Assembly: GCA_964464735.1 (NCBI GenBank)
Contig: CAYXKF010000001.1
Span: 35,690-99,689, forward strand
Length of the DNA: 64,000 bases
Direction of reading: 5' to 3'
Source of the DNA: an uncultured Candidatus Saccharibacteria bacterium
GTDB lineage: Bacteria > Patescibacteriota > Minisyncoccia > Phycocordibacterales > UBA1006
Below the pieces are notes generated by a model that was not told the origin of the DNA, did not search any database, and worked only from the letters and a program-made list of their open reading frames with translations. Shown here piece after piece: positions 8,958 to 18,739 of the stretch (its first letter is position 1; each line of letters begins with the position of its first letter). The translations under genes were made by a program, and so were the position numbers.

Positions 8958-9024
8958 AATAACTTCGCCATACTACATTGTTTTATATATTTTTTCAATA
9001 ACCGCTATCTGGTATACTGACACT

Positions 9025-9348
9025 ATGGCAAAGCTGATGAAACTGGTGATTTATAGCCCAATTGATAGCACGCAAAAGATACTTGATGCCCTTGGCGCTG
9101 CTGGTGCGGGGCACATTGGCAACTATTCGCACTGCACATTCACCATGCGCGGAACCGGCCGCTTTAAGCCGCTTGATGGGGCGCAACCGGCAGTTGGCGA
9201 AGTAGGAAAACTTGAAGAAGTAATCGAGGATCGCATCGAGACCGTCTGTGAATTTGATAAGGTAAAAACTGCGATCGAAGCAGTCAGGGCAGTGCATCCC
9301 TACGAAGAGCCGGCAATTGACGTGTATCCTATCGAAGTCGTCGAATAG
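9025..9348 (+). CDS. small PII-like fold protein related to the Nif3/YqfO insert domain (CutA-like), function unknown
   Basis: 107 aa. The N-terminal DALGAAGAGHIGNYSHCTF...GRFKP and C-terminal AVHPYEEPAIDVYPIEVV match the HPYEEP(A)(Y/I)DVY motif of the Nif3-family PII-like domain. Confidence 0.5.
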   Translation: MAKLMKLVIYSPIDSTQKILDALGAAGAGHIGNYSHCTFTMRGTGRFKPLDGAQPAVGEVGKLEEVIEDRIETVCEFDKVKTAIEAVRAVHPYEEPAIDVYPIEVVE

Positions 9349-9386
9349 TTTGAACTTTTTTGGTTTTCTGGTATCGTGAAGCTCGT

Positions 9387-9459
9387 GCCAGTGTAGCTCA
9401 GTTGGTAGAGCACAGCTTTCGTAAAGCTGGGGTCGTCGGTTCAATCCCGACCACTGGCT
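9387..9459 (+). tRNA. tRNA-Thr (anticodon CGU)
   Basis: GCCAGTG-TA-GCTCAGTTGGTAGAGC-A-CAGCT-TTCGTAA-AGCTG-GGGTC-GTCGGTTCAATCCCGAC-CACTGGC with discriminator U. It is near-identical in backbone to the tRNA-Thr(GGU) 430 nt upstream on the other strand. Confidence 0.85.
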
Positions 9460-9492
9460 CAGCCAGCTTACTGCACAACATCAGTCTTATTT

Positions 9493-10206
9493 ATGAAAAA
9501 GCCCATCAAAAAAAATGCCCGTGCAGTATGGAACGCCGAATACGACGAACCGCAATATTTTACGATGTCGATGCAGCAAAGCGCCGAGCTGGGCCGTTTT
9601 GTGCGTTGGCTTAAGAAAGATTCGGGAAATGACATTTTTGAATACATCCGCGCGCTTGATGTTGGCTGCGGAAACGGTCGTAATTTATTGTACCTAGCCG
9701 AAAACTACGGCACAACCGGCATGGGATGCGATTTGTCCGATGTGGCTGTTGCTCAGGCGACCAGAGCGGCAAAAGAACACAACATCAAGGATGTATCATT
9801 TTTTGTACACGACCTTGCCGAAAAGTTTGCACTTGAAGACGCGTCGTTTGATTTAGTGATGGATATGATGGTGTCGCATTGTTTGGATAAAGCTGGGCGT
9901 GAACAATTTATTAAAGAGGTTGTTCGAATGCTAAAGCCTGGCGGATGGTATTTAGTAAAGACCTTCATGAAAGAAGGCGACCAACACGCAAAACGGTTGA
10001 TCGAAAAAAGCCCCGGCACCGAACCTGATTCGTACATTCATCCCCGCCTTGGCGTTATGGAGCATGTGTGGACAGAACAATCACTTCATGAATTTCTGGA
10101 GCCATATTTCAATATAAAATTTACTGTGCGTTCAAGCGGATACCAGCGCTGGAACAACCAGCCATACAAGCGCCGCTACATGGTGGTGTATGCCGAGAAA
10201 AAATAA
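9493..10206 (+). CDS. class I SAM-dependent methyltransferase
   Basis: Motif I LDVGCGNGRN and motif post-I LAEN...GCDLS fit a 237-aa Rossmann-fold MTase. Confidence 0.75.
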   Translation: MKKPIKKNARAVWNAEYDEPQYFTMSMQQSAELGRFVRWLKKDSGNDIFEYIRALDVGCGNGRNLLYLAENYGTTGMGCDLSDVAVAQATRAAKEHNIKDVSFFVHDLAEKFALEDASFDLVMDMMVSHCLDKAGREQFIKEVVRMLKPGGWYLVKTFMKEGDQHAKRLIEKSPGTEPDSYIHPRLGVMEHVWTEQSLHEFLEPYFNIKFTVRSSGYQRWNNQPYKRRYMVVYAEKK

Positions 10207-10209
10207 AAC

Positions 10210-10698
10210 GTGTATAATACAGCTATGAAAATTGAGGAATCATTTAAGAAAATATTAACAAAAACCAGAAAAACTGCCGCCGTCATTACTGCAGTTGGTC
10301 TTAGTGTATTGCCTAAAATAAATGAAGCACAAACTCCCGCGTCAGTGGAAGGATCTCATTATCGAGAGTCGACGACGGTACCTCGTTTTCTTATTGATGC
10401 AGGTGTTTTTGATCCCAGTTTTAAACCTGGTTTTTATGACGAGTTGACCGAAAGAGGTATTCCTTTAGTTGAAAAGCGTATTCAGTATAATCCTGATGGC
10501 TCTATTGCACATTATTATGAAGATGTGCCCGAGCGAGGTATTACCAATATATTTGCCACAGAATATCCTAAAATAGTTTATTTTACTCGGATAAGGCAGC
10601 CTCAAGAAGAAGGCGCAGGAGTATTAGTTGATTATTTTGATAAGACGACAGGAAAACTGCTTGGTACATTGCCTGCAAGATTAACAAAGGATGAATAA
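10210..10698 (+). CDS. hypothetical secreted/membrane-anchored protein
   Basis: 162 aa with an N-terminal signal/anchor ([14 protein letters not shown]). The 3' end overlaps the prfB start by 8 nt. Confidence 0.4.
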   Translation: MYNTAMKIEESFKKILTKTRKTAAVITAVGLSVLPKINEAQTPASVEGSHYRESTTVPRFLIDAGVFDPSFKPGFYDELTERGIPLVEKRIQYNPDGSIAHYYEDVPERGITNIFATEYPKIVYFTRIRQPQEEGAGVLVDYFDKTTGKLLGTLPARLTKDE

Positions 10699-11566
10699 AG
10701 AAGAAATCCAACAACAAATCGAAGTGCTTGAGGCGAAAATGTATGATCCTGATTTTTGGAATGACAAAGTGCAGGCGCAGCAAGTGCTTAAAGATATCGA
10801 GGATTTAAAGGCAAAACTTGAAGGCGGCGGCATGTACGATAAGGGTCCAGCAGTGCTTTCGATTTTCACCGGCGCGGGTGGCGACGATGCCGAAGATTTT
10901 TCGCGGATGCTTTTTGAAATGTATCAACGCTACATTGAACGCAAAGGGTGGCGATGGGTGGTAGTTGAAGAAAATAAAAACTCAATGGGCGGGTACCGAA
11001 GTTTGACGATCGAGATCGATGGAAAGAACGTTTATGGAACACTTAAAAATGAATCAGGCGTGCATCGGCTGGTGCGTATGTCGCCATTTAATTCGAAGGG
11101 TAAGCGCAACACATCGTTTAGTATGGTTGAAGTTTTACCCAAGTTCGAGAAGCTTGATTTTGTGATTCCTGAAACCGATCTTGAGATTAGCTTTGCCCGA
11201 AGCGGCGGCAAGGGTGGTCAAAACGTCAACAAGCGCGAAACGGCGGTACGCATTGTGCACAAGCCAACAAATTTGTCTGTGCATGCAACGACGCAACGCA
11301 GCCAAGAAGCAAATCGAGAACACGCGATGCAGTTGTTAAGCGCAAAAGTATGGCGGCATGAAGAAGAAAAAGCAAAAGCAGCCGAGCGGGGCATGGCGAT
11401 CAGTGCGACGACCGATAACGAATGGGGAAGCCAGATTCGCAGCTATGTGTTGCATCCGTACCAAATGGTAAAAGACCATCGCACCGGCGTTGAAACTTCA
11501 CAGGTAAGTAAGGTGTTAGATGACGGCGAGTTGGACGAATTTATAGATGCAGAGAAAGATATTTAA
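10691..11566 (+). CDS. prfB: peptide chain release factor 2 (short form, no programmed frameshift)
   Basis: GGQ motif [24 protein letters not shown] and the RF2-specific SPF tripeptide ([10 protein letters not shown]). At 291 aa it lacks ~40 N-terminal residues relative to E. coli RF2. Confidence 0.9.
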   Translation: MNKEEIQQQIEVLEAKMYDPDFWNDKVQAQQVLKDIEDLKAKLEGGGMYDKGPAVLSIFTGAGGDDAEDFSRMLFEMYQRYIERKGWRWVVVEENKNSMGGYRSLTIEIDGKNVYGTLKNESGVHRLVRMSPFNSKGKRNTSFSMVEVLPKFEKLDFVIPETDLEISFARSGGKGGQNVNKRETAVRIVHKPTNLSVHATTQRSQEANREHAMQLLSAKVWRHEEEKAKAAERGMAISATTDNEWGSQIRSYVLHPYQMVKDHRTGVETSQVSKVLDDGELDEFIDAEKDI

Positions 11567-11600
11567 TATATAATCTCTTATTATATATTACCCTAGCTCT

Positions 11601-12104
11601 ATGAAGGAATTTCTTGTCCCTAAAATAGAAAAAAAGAATCAGGATGGAGTAATTGGTAATCCTGAGGTTTCAAGTCAAAAGATTCTGGAGTTAAATGAGC
11701 TTGAAAAGAAAGTTAAGGATGCGATTTCTCATTACGAACAAAATGCCGAGGATGCAGCGGTGCAGATGGATCGGTTTACGGATATGCAAAGCCAATTGCG
11801 GACAGTCGAGGAGGAACGAAATCCAGGATGGGCACTCGTGGCACGGGAATTGCGAAAACAGATTGATCACGCACAAACATGGGGAGGTCCAGGAGCTAAA
11901 AAGGGTTTTGAAAGCTGGAAACAGTCATATTTTATTCCCCAAATTAAACAGTATTACAGCCAATTAAAAAACGAACATAGTAGGGATGGTAGCACTAGTG
12001 CCGAGCAGCAAGAGGTGGACAAAATCATTAAAAGAACAATGAGACAACTTGAAGATTATAGTATGTATCTTGGTGACCAGGATGAGCATCAGATGGCAGC
12101 TTAA
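11601..12104 (+). CDS. hypothetical protein
   Basis: 167-aa ORF with charged, coiled-coil-like composition. No recognizable motif. Confidence 0.4.
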   Translation: MKEFLVPKIEKKNQDGVIGNPEVSSQKILELNELEKKVKDAISHYEQNAEDAAVQMDRFTDMQSQLRTVEEERNPGWALVARELRKQIDHAQTWGGPGAKKGFESWKQSYFIPQIKQYYSQLKNEHSRDGSTSAEQQEVDKIIKRTMRQLEDYSMYLGDQDEHQMAA

Positions 12105-12145
12105 CGGATTTTTCTTTTCAAAAAACCCGTGTATAATAATCAGGT

Positions 12146-12820
12146 ATGATTCATTTTAATCGTGTAACAAAAGCGTATCGCGACACTCCTGCAGTGCGCG
12201 ACATTTCTTTTACCGTCGGCAAGGGAGAATTTGTCATTTTATCTGGCCCGTCGGGTTCAGGAAAAACAACCCTGTTAAAACTTTTGATCGGACACGAACA
12301 TCCGACCGAAGGCGAGGTGTCTTTTCATTCACGCCCAATTGATTCTTTGTCGGATAGTGAACTGCAAGAATTTCGCCAATCACTTGGTATTGCCTTTCAA
12401 GATTTTCGCTTAATTTCTGACAAGACCGCTTACGAAAACGTCGCCTATATGATCGAGCATGCCGTGGCGCACGATATGGTAAAGCCCGACGTCATGTATG
12501 TGTTAAAGCTGGTCGGGTTAGATCACAAGCACACGAGCTTCCCGCACGAACTATCTGGTGGCGAAAAGCAGCGCTTGGCATTGGCTCGCGCGATTGTGCA
12601 CCAGCCGTCAATTATTTTGGCTGACGAACCGACGGCAAACCTAGATCACGAAAATGCAAGCCTGATTGTTGATATTTTAAAGCGCCTTAACGAGCTGGGA
12701 GCTACCGTTATCTTGGCAACTCATAATACGCATGTAATTGAAAATCTTGGCAAGCGGACGCTTAGGTTGAATCGTGGTAAGCTTGAACACGATTCGCATA
12801 CGGCGAAAAAATCTCACTAA
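12146..12820 (+). CDS. ftsE: cell division ATP-binding protein FtsE (ABC ATPase)
   Basis: Walker A GPSGSGKTTLLKLL, ABC signature LSGGEKQRLALARA, Walker B ILADEPT. It sits immediately upstream of the FtsX-like permease. Confidence 0.85.
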   Translation: MIHFNRVTKAYRDTPAVRDISFTVGKGEFVILSGPSGSGKTTLLKLLIGHEHPTEGEVSFHSRPIDSLSDSELQEFRQSLGIAFQDFRLISDKTAYENVAYMIEHAVAHDMVKPDVMYVLKLVGLDHKHTSFPHELSGGEKQRLALARAIVHQPSIILADEPTANLDHENASLIVDILKRLNELGATVILATHNTHVIENLGKRTLRLNRGKLEHDSHTAKKSH

Positions 12821-12825
12821 TAGTA

Positions 12826-13754
12826 TGAAGAATCCAACAACACATCGACTGTTTCGTGATGGCTTTACCTCGATCGCACGATCAAGCGCTTTTTCGTTTG
12901 CAACCGGCGTCGTCGCGTTTTTGGCGGCATTGATGATCATCGTTGCAATTTTGGCATACGGTTTAAGTGCAAACGTGCGCAGTACCATCGCGTCAAAAGT
13001 CGACATGAACGTGTATTTTTTTCCAGCAACTGATCAGGCGATTGTCGAAGCATTTGCGGGCTTTGCCCAAAGCCGCAGCGAAGTGGCAAGCGCAACTATT
13101 GTTACCCGCGCAGAAGCGCTTGAAGCATTTCGTGCGCGCCATGCAAACGACGCGCTTACATTGCAGGCGCTTGATGAATTAAACGAAAATCCCTTGGGTG
13201 CTTCGGTAATAATCCAAACCCATGAACCTTCGCAGCTTAAAGCGGTTGCAACATTGTTAAATGGAGACACCGACGCCGTTAAACAGTTTTATCCGTACAT
13301 CGAACGTGTAAATTATTTTGACCACGAACAAATTATCGACCGCTTTAATATCTTTTCGGGTACGTTAAAGGCAATTATTATTGCAGTTGTCATTGGTACG
13401 CTTCTATTAGTTACGATGCTTATGTATACGATGGCAAAGGTACACATGATCGCCGATTTTGAAATGCATGAAACCAAGCGACTGCTTGGCGCCGAAAAAG
13501 CATCAATTGTCGCACCGCGTATTATCAGCAGTTTGATCATCAGCGCCACAGCCGCAACGATTGCGCTTATTGTGGGTGTCATTGCATCATGGCAATTAAC
13601 CAATATTTCTGGACGATTTTTTGAAGGTTTTAGCTTTGATGGATTTTTACTGCAATCGCTTCCGTTAGTATGCGCCGTGGTATATACCGTGTTATTTTTG
13701 TGTGCCATTGGTACGACATTCGTTGCATATTCGACCACGTCGCGCGCTCGTTAA
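12826..13754 (+). CDS. ftsX: cell division permease-like protein FtsX
   Basis: N-terminal TM, a ~180-aa extracytoplasmic domain, then three C-terminal TM helices, which is FtsX topology, downstream of ftsE. I chose the ATG at 12826. The ORF-track start at 12774 overlaps ftsE. Confidence 0.8.
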
Positions 13755-13779
13755 TTAATTATCATAAAAAAGGTATCGC

Positions 13780-15432
13780 ATGAAAAACAAAAAGCATAAA
13801 ACAAAGTATGTGTTCGTTGTCGGTGGAGTAATGTCGGGTGTTGGTAAGGGGATCACGACTTCTTCGATCGGGACACTGCTTTCATCGTACGGACTTAAGG
13901 TTGCACTAATGAAGGCTGACCCATATTTAAATGTGGATGCCGGTACCATGAACCCAATTGAACACGGCGAAGTGTTTGTACTTAATAGTGGCCTTGAGAC
14001 CGATCAGGATATGGGCAATTACGAACGCTTCTTAAACAAAAGTTTACCGGCCGAAAATTACATGACCAACGGTATGGTGTTTCAATATGTCATCAATAAG
14101 GAACGCGCGTTAGGGTACGGTGGTAAATGCGTCGAGCCAACTTTCCATATTACCGAAGAGATCATGCGCCGTATTAACGCTGCATCAGAAGCATCAAAGG
14201 CCGATGTGATGGTTATTGAAATTGGGGGAACGGTAGGCGAATACCAAAACGCGATCTTTCTTGAAGTGATCCGTCATCTTAAGAACAAGTGTCCGCAGTG
14301 TATTCAAACTGTTATGGTTAGCTATCTGCCAATTCCATCAAAAATCGGCGAGATGAAGACCAAGCCTACCCAAAATGCTGTACGCCAGCTTAACAGCTAT
14401 GGTATCCAGCCTGACTTTATTGTCGCTCGTGCTGAACATGCGGTTGATGACAAGCGCAAAGAAAAAATTGCCGACATGTGTGGCGTTGCTGCTGACCATA
14501 TTATCTCGGCGCCTGACGTCGAAAGCATTTATGATGTGCCACTGAACTTTAAAAAAGATGGCTTTGGCGAAACACTTATTGAATCGCTTGGTATTCGTAC
14601 AAAGCAATCTGACTTGTCAGAGTGGGCAGGGTTTGTGTCGAAAATGAAAAAAGCGAAGCAAGAAATCAAAATTGCCATCGTTGGTAAATATTTTTCAAGC
14701 GGAGGATACGTACTTTCGGATGTATATATTTCGATCATTGAAGCGCTGAAGGTTTCGGCCGCAGCTCAAGGGGTAAGGCTTTCGATTGATTGGTATGACT
14801 CACGCTCGTTCGAGGCGAATCCTAAAAAATCGCTTCAGGTCTTACAACAATATGGCGGCATTTTGGTTCCGGGCGGGTTTGGTTCGGGTGGTATCGAAGG
14901 CAAAATTAACGTCATCGAATTTGCACGAACGAAAAAGATCCCATACTTTGGCATTTGCTACGGCATGCAGCTTGCAGTAATTGAATTTGCGCGAAATGCG
15001 GTCAAGCTTAAAGGCGCCCATACTCAAGAAGTGGACAAGGGGGCGCCCCATCCGATTGTTATGGTGCTTCCTGACCAGGAACTATTAATAAGCGGTGGCA
15101 AGATGGGCGGCACAATGCGCCTGGGCGCGTATTCATGCAGCGTCAAAAAGGGAACACATGCTTATGATGCCTATAAAAAAACAACCATTACCGAACGCCA
15201 TCGTCATCGCTACGAAGTAAATCCTGCGTACCACGACATTCTTCAAAAATCAGGTATGGTGTTTTCAGGTATGTCACCCGATGGTCGCCTGGTTGAAATC
15301 GCCGAATTGCCTAAAAACAAACATCCGTTTTTCGTTGGTGTGCAGTTTCATCCCGAATTTTTGGCGCGTCCGCTTGACCCGCACCCATTGTTTAGTGCGT
15401 TTATCAAGGCTGCAAAAAAGGGCAAAAAATAA
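13780..15432 (+). CDS. pyrG: CTP synthase
   Basis: N-terminal KYVFVVGGVMSGVGKGITTSSIGTLL, the glutamine amidotransferase domain motifs GICYGMQ and QFHPEF, 550 aa. Confidence 0.95.
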   Translation: MKNKKHKTKYVFVVGGVMSGVGKGITTSSIGTLLSSYGLKVALMKADPYLNVDAGTMNPIEHGEVFVLNSGLETDQDMGNYERFLNKSLPAENYMTNGMVFQYVINKERALGYGGKCVEPTFHITEEIMRRINAASEASKADVMVIEIGGTVGEYQNAIFLEVIRHLKNKCPQCIQTVMVSYLPIPSKIGEMKTKPTQNAVRQLNSYGIQPDFIVARAEHAVDDKRKEKIADMCGVAADHIISAPDVESIYDVPLNFKKDGFGETLIESLGIRTKQSDLSEWAGFVSKMKKAKQEIKIAIVGKYFSSGGYVLSDVYISIIEALKVSAAAQGVRLSIDWYDSRSFEANPKKSLQVLQQYGGILVPGGFGSGGIEGKINVIEFARTKKIPYFGICYGMQLAVIEFARNAVKLKGAHTQEVDKGAPHPIVMVLPDQELLISGGKMGGTMRLGAYSCSVKKGTHAYDAYKKTTITERHRHRYEVNPAYHDILQKSGMVFSGMSPDGRLVEIAELPKNKHPFFVGVQFHPEFLARPLDPHPLFSAFIKAAKKGKK

Positions 15433-15592
15433 GAAGGCGATTTTTTATCAGACCTTCCAAAAACCCGAATATTTGCCTGCTGACAAATTTCGTCCACCTC
15501 GGGGCCTAGCCCCTGCGGTGAGCTTTTTGGAAAGGTCTGATCGGTAGTTTTTAAGAAATGACAACTTTATTTTATTTTGTTACTCTTTTATT

Positions 15593-16075
15593 ATGAAATA
15601 CACTCTTTGTATTCCAGTTAAAGACAATCAAATCCTTCTTGGAAAAAAGACCAGCGGATTTTTGACCGGAAAATATAATGGCTTTGGAGGCAAGATCGAA
15701 CCAGGCGAAAGCGTGTACAATTCTGCCGTGCGAGAACTCCAAGAAGAATGCGATATTACGCCGACAAGCATGGACCTTGTTGGTGTCATTTATTTTGATT
15801 CGCCCAATTATCTTGAAACCGGCATCATGCATGTCTTTAAGGTAACCGCATGGGAAGGTATCCCTAAGCAAATCGAAAAAATGATCCCACAGTGGTTTGA
15901 TAATGATAAGATCCCGTACGACCAAATGTGCACCGATGACCCATTTTGGTTTCCGTTATTTTTAGAAGGCAAAACATTTGAAGCAAAATTTAAGTTTGGT
16001 GAAGATATGGTAGTGCTTGAACATGAAGTTGTCGAGAAAGATTTAAGTAATTTAAATATTCACACGATGAAATAA
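15593..16075 (+). CDS. NUDIX hydrolase (MutT-like)
   Basis: NUDIX box GGKIEPGESVYNSAVRELQEECDI (GX5EX7REUXEEXGU). Confidence 0.8.
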   Translation: MKYTLCIPVKDNQILLGKKTSGFLTGKYNGFGGKIEPGESVYNSAVRELQEECDITPTSMDLVGVIYFDSPNYLETGIMHVFKVTAWEGIPKQIEKMIPQWFDNDKIPYDQMCTDDPFWFPLFLEGKTFEAKFKFGEDMVVLEHEVVEKDLSNLNIHTMK

Positions 16076-16081
16076 AAAGAA

Positions 16082-16100
16082 CCCTCTGCTTTGCAGAGGG
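16082..16100. terminator. bidirectional Rho-independent terminator between convergent genes
   Basis: Perfect hairpin CCCTCTGC-tt-GCAGAGGG flanked by A-run upstream and T-rich downstream. Confidence 0.6.
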
Positions 16101-16128
16101 CCTTTATTGTTGTTGATGCGTTTAAATT

Positions 16129-17274
16129 TTAATGTGCCCAAGGTTGGCTTAATAGTATAAGTGCAATTAAGTACCATCCAATGAGTTTTTGAAGTATTAG
16201 GCAGAAACCCACTACGTTGTTATTTTTTAGCTGTATAATTGCTTCACTCCTTAATGGACTACCAGGAAAGAAATTGTCGAGCGCGAAATAAAATGAATAA
16301 ACTATTTTGGTAAACCATGAATTCTTCGTGTGTGAACGCAAATTTAGTAGGTACACTTGCGAAAACAGTAAGATCAATATCAAGGCTGTCCAAAGTATTC
16401 GCATCGGCCGCATGCCATATCCATAGGTGAGCTCCAGAAACAAGTATTCGCATGTTTTTAAGAAGAAAGGTTTCAACTTTCTTTGTTCAGTGCGATGGGT
16501 GAAATAAACATCATTTGCTTCGGCGTACTTTCCTTGGTCACGGTAATTTTTCTCAAGAGCTAAGAAAAATACAGGATCATATACAACACATTTTTTTAAA
16601 CTAAATCCGTTTGAATCTGGAAACCATGGAAATTCAAATCTTGAAAATCCATAGGTGTTAGTAAAATCTATTGTATCGTTGCTTGTTAGCAAGCAACCTC
16701 TAAATATGGTTGTTTCCTCAAACTGATTGTCTTTAAGATTTATTCCTTGTTTGAAATTATTACCAATAAATCTTACATTATTAAAGACGGTTTGATTAAA
16801 CGTAATTTCTTTTTCGAAGGTACATTTAGTGAACTGCAGATGTTTTTCAAATTTACTGTAGTAACATCTGAATGCTCCTTTAAAAGTGCAAGCGTAAAAG
16901 TAGGCATCGGGGCAATTAAGTTCATTGATGTAAACGTTTTGAGTAAAAACGCACATTGTAAAAGTCAGGTGGCTGTAAAAAGTAGCGTCGTCAGCGTATA
17001 GGCCGTCAAATTCTACATTTCTAAAGTTTACATCAGGATATTGAACATCTCTATTGTGAAATGTAAGATGTCCTTCCACCTTACAATATTCAATATATAT
17101 GTTTTTGTCTTCCTTTAACGCTTTATTGATGGTGTCTGCTGAGACAATTATAATTGAATCTGGTGTTCCTTCAAATATAAGGCTTCCATAATAATTGGCC
17201 GGAATTGTGTCTTTGGTCTTTGTATATGCAATCTGTGCTATTGCACAAAGGCATAAAAGTAGTACTTTATTCAT
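16129..17274 (-). CDS. pentapeptide-repeat protein with N-terminal signal peptide and C-terminal transmembrane domain
   Basis: Signal peptide MNKVLLLCLCAIAQIAYT. The central region has ~5-residue periodicity of F/C/L positions (e.g. FTMCVFTQNVYINELNCPDAYFYACTFKGAFRCYYSKFEKHLQFTKCTFEKEITFNQTVFNNVRF), typical of pentapeptide repeats. The C-terminal ~110 aa carry 3 hydrophobic helices. The gene is visibly AT-richer than its neighbours. Confidence 0.6.
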   Translation of the reverse strand: MNKVLLLCLCAIAQIAYTKTKDTIPANYYGSLIFEGTPDSIIIVSADTINKALKEDKNIYIEYCKVEGHLTFHNRDVQYPDVNFRNVEFDGLYADDATFYSHLTFTMCVFTQNVYINELNCPDAYFYACTFKGAFRCYYSKFEKHLQFTKCTFEKEITFNQTVFNNVRFIGNNFKQGINLKDNQFEETTIFRGCLLTSNDTIDFTNTYGFSRFEFPWFPDSNGFSLKKCVVYDPVFFLALEKNYRDQGKYAEANDVYFTHRTEQRKLKPFFLKTCEYLFLELTYGYGMRPMRILWTALILILLFSQVYLLNLRSHTKNSWFTKIVYSFYFALDNFFPGSPLRSEAIIQLKNNNVVGFCLILQKLIGWYLIALILLSQPWAH

Positions 17275-17477
17275 GTTTTAGTTTGGTGGGTTTTTGGTGA
17301 AGAAACCACGCCGTTCAACTATTTAAAAGGTATAGTTTCTTCACCAATGCTGCTTTTCAAAGTATGAGAATTCGAATGTATAATAGCATATATTAATAGA
17401 TATGTCAATTTCGCTTTTGCAGGGTGAAATTCTAAAAACCTATTGATTTATCAAGGTTTAATTATTATTCTACAAAT

Positions 17478-18116
17478 ATGAACAAATCTATAAAATTAAT
17501 CTGCTTTGACATGGACAAGACGGTAATCAACCAAAGCAGCTGGTATAAGCTAAATTTGGCGTTGGGAATGACTCATGATGACGACATGGCGCTGTATAAC
17601 GCATACCTTCGAAACGAATTCAATTATGTCGAATGGACAGCGAAAATTTTGCAATTTTATAAAAAAAGTCCTAAAGCGAATCGCACCGACATGCTGACTA
17701 TTTTATCGGACTACCAGTTTGTTCCTGGTGCTGTCGAGACCGTTGCATATTTGCAGGCAAAAGGGTATAAGGTTGCGCTTATTTCGGGTGCGGTTGATGT
17801 GATGGTTAACTTAGCGGCAAGCGACCTTAATGTCGATTTTGCCGAAGCATGCAATACCTTGGTCTTTGACGAAGATGGGCGGCTGACCGATTTGATTCCG
17901 TGCGTCAGTGATATTTCGGCAAAGCTTGAATATCTTCAAAATATTTGTGACCGCCTTGGTATCGATATTACCCAATGTGCATGCGTGGGGGACGGCGATA
18001 ATGACATTGCACTTTTTCGTGCAACAAAGCACGGCATAACGTTTACCGATTCGCATATTAAAGACGAAGCATGGAAAGTTATAGACAAACTTGCTGACCT
18101 ACAGGAAATTTTTTAA
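17478..18116 (+). CDS. HAD-superfamily hydrolase, subfamily IB (phosphoserine phosphatase-like)
   Basis: Motif I FDMDKTV, motif III K..ALISGA, motif IV GDGDNDIALF. Confidence 0.7.
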   Translation: MNKSIKLICFDMDKTVINQSSWYKLNLALGMTHDDDMALYNAYLRNEFNYVEWTAKILQFYKKSPKANRTDMLTILSDYQFVPGAVETVAYLQAKGYKVALISGAVDVMVNLAASDLNVDFAEACNTLVFDEDGRLTDLIPCVSDISAKLEYLQNICDRLGIDITQCACVGDGDNDIALFRATKHGITFTDSHIKDEAWKVIDKLADLQEIF

Positions 18117-18249
18117 TACTTTGTGCCTAGATTGAATTATTTTGACAAAAACTCAATTTTCCGGTCAATTTACTATACGATAAATATATATTGTAAAACG
18201 ATAAACAATAGTGTAAGCTTATAGCATTAACTTATAAGCGTTTACTACT

Positions 18250-18735
18250 ATGAAAAAAGGATCCACTTTATTTTTACGTCTTGCAATTATTGGTATTGGC
18301 ATCATTGCCTTTGGATTTTGCATTTTTTTAGTTCCTTCGATTGGCAGCGACATCATAGACGAATGGCCGTCACTGTATTACATACATTATATCGTTATGA
18401 CCGTGTCGTATCTTTCGGTCATTCCTTTTTTTATTATCTTGGCTCAAGGTTGGCGGCTGTTAAATTTTGTCGATAAAAATACTGCTTTTTCGCAGGTATC
18501 GGTCAAAGCCTTAAATTGGATAAAATATTCTGCAGTGATTATCGGGATACTTTATGCCCTTTATGTTCCTTTTTTATTTTATCCCGTTGCCCAAGCAGAT
18601 GATGCCCCTGGTGTGATTATTATAGGACTTGTCATCGCTGGTACCCCATTTGTTTTTGCAGTTTTCACAGCAGTACTTAAGCGACTTCTTCAGAATGCCA
18701 TCGAATTTAAAAGCGAGAACGAGCTAACTGTATAG
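18250..18735 (+). CDS. DUF2975-like membrane protein (partner of YozG-type HTH regulator)
   Basis: 161 aa with 4 TM helices. It lies immediately upstream of, and 4 nt from, a 69-aa Cro/C1-type HTH gene, the conserved two-gene arrangement described for DUF2975/YozG pairs. Confidence 0.55.
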   Translation: MKKGSTLFLRLAIIGIGIIAFGFCIFLVPSIGSDIIDEWPSLYYIHYIVMTVSYLSVIPFFIILAQGWRLLNFVDKNTAFSQVSVKALNWIKYSAVIIGILYALYVPFLFYPVAQADDAPGVIIIGLVIAGTPFVFAVFTAVLKRLLQNAIEFKSENELTV

Positions 18736-18739
18736 TTGT

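Noticed and set aside
10640-10700. Looked for an RF2 programmed +1 frameshift site (CUU UGA C with upstream SD)
   Set aside because: No such motif is present. The prfB ORF is continuous from its ATG and the upstream gene is unrelated.
12774-12825. ftsX start at 12774 overlapping ftsE by 47 nt
   Set aside because: The ATG at 12826, directly after the ftsE stop, gives a typical FtsX N-terminus, so the long overlap is unnecessary.
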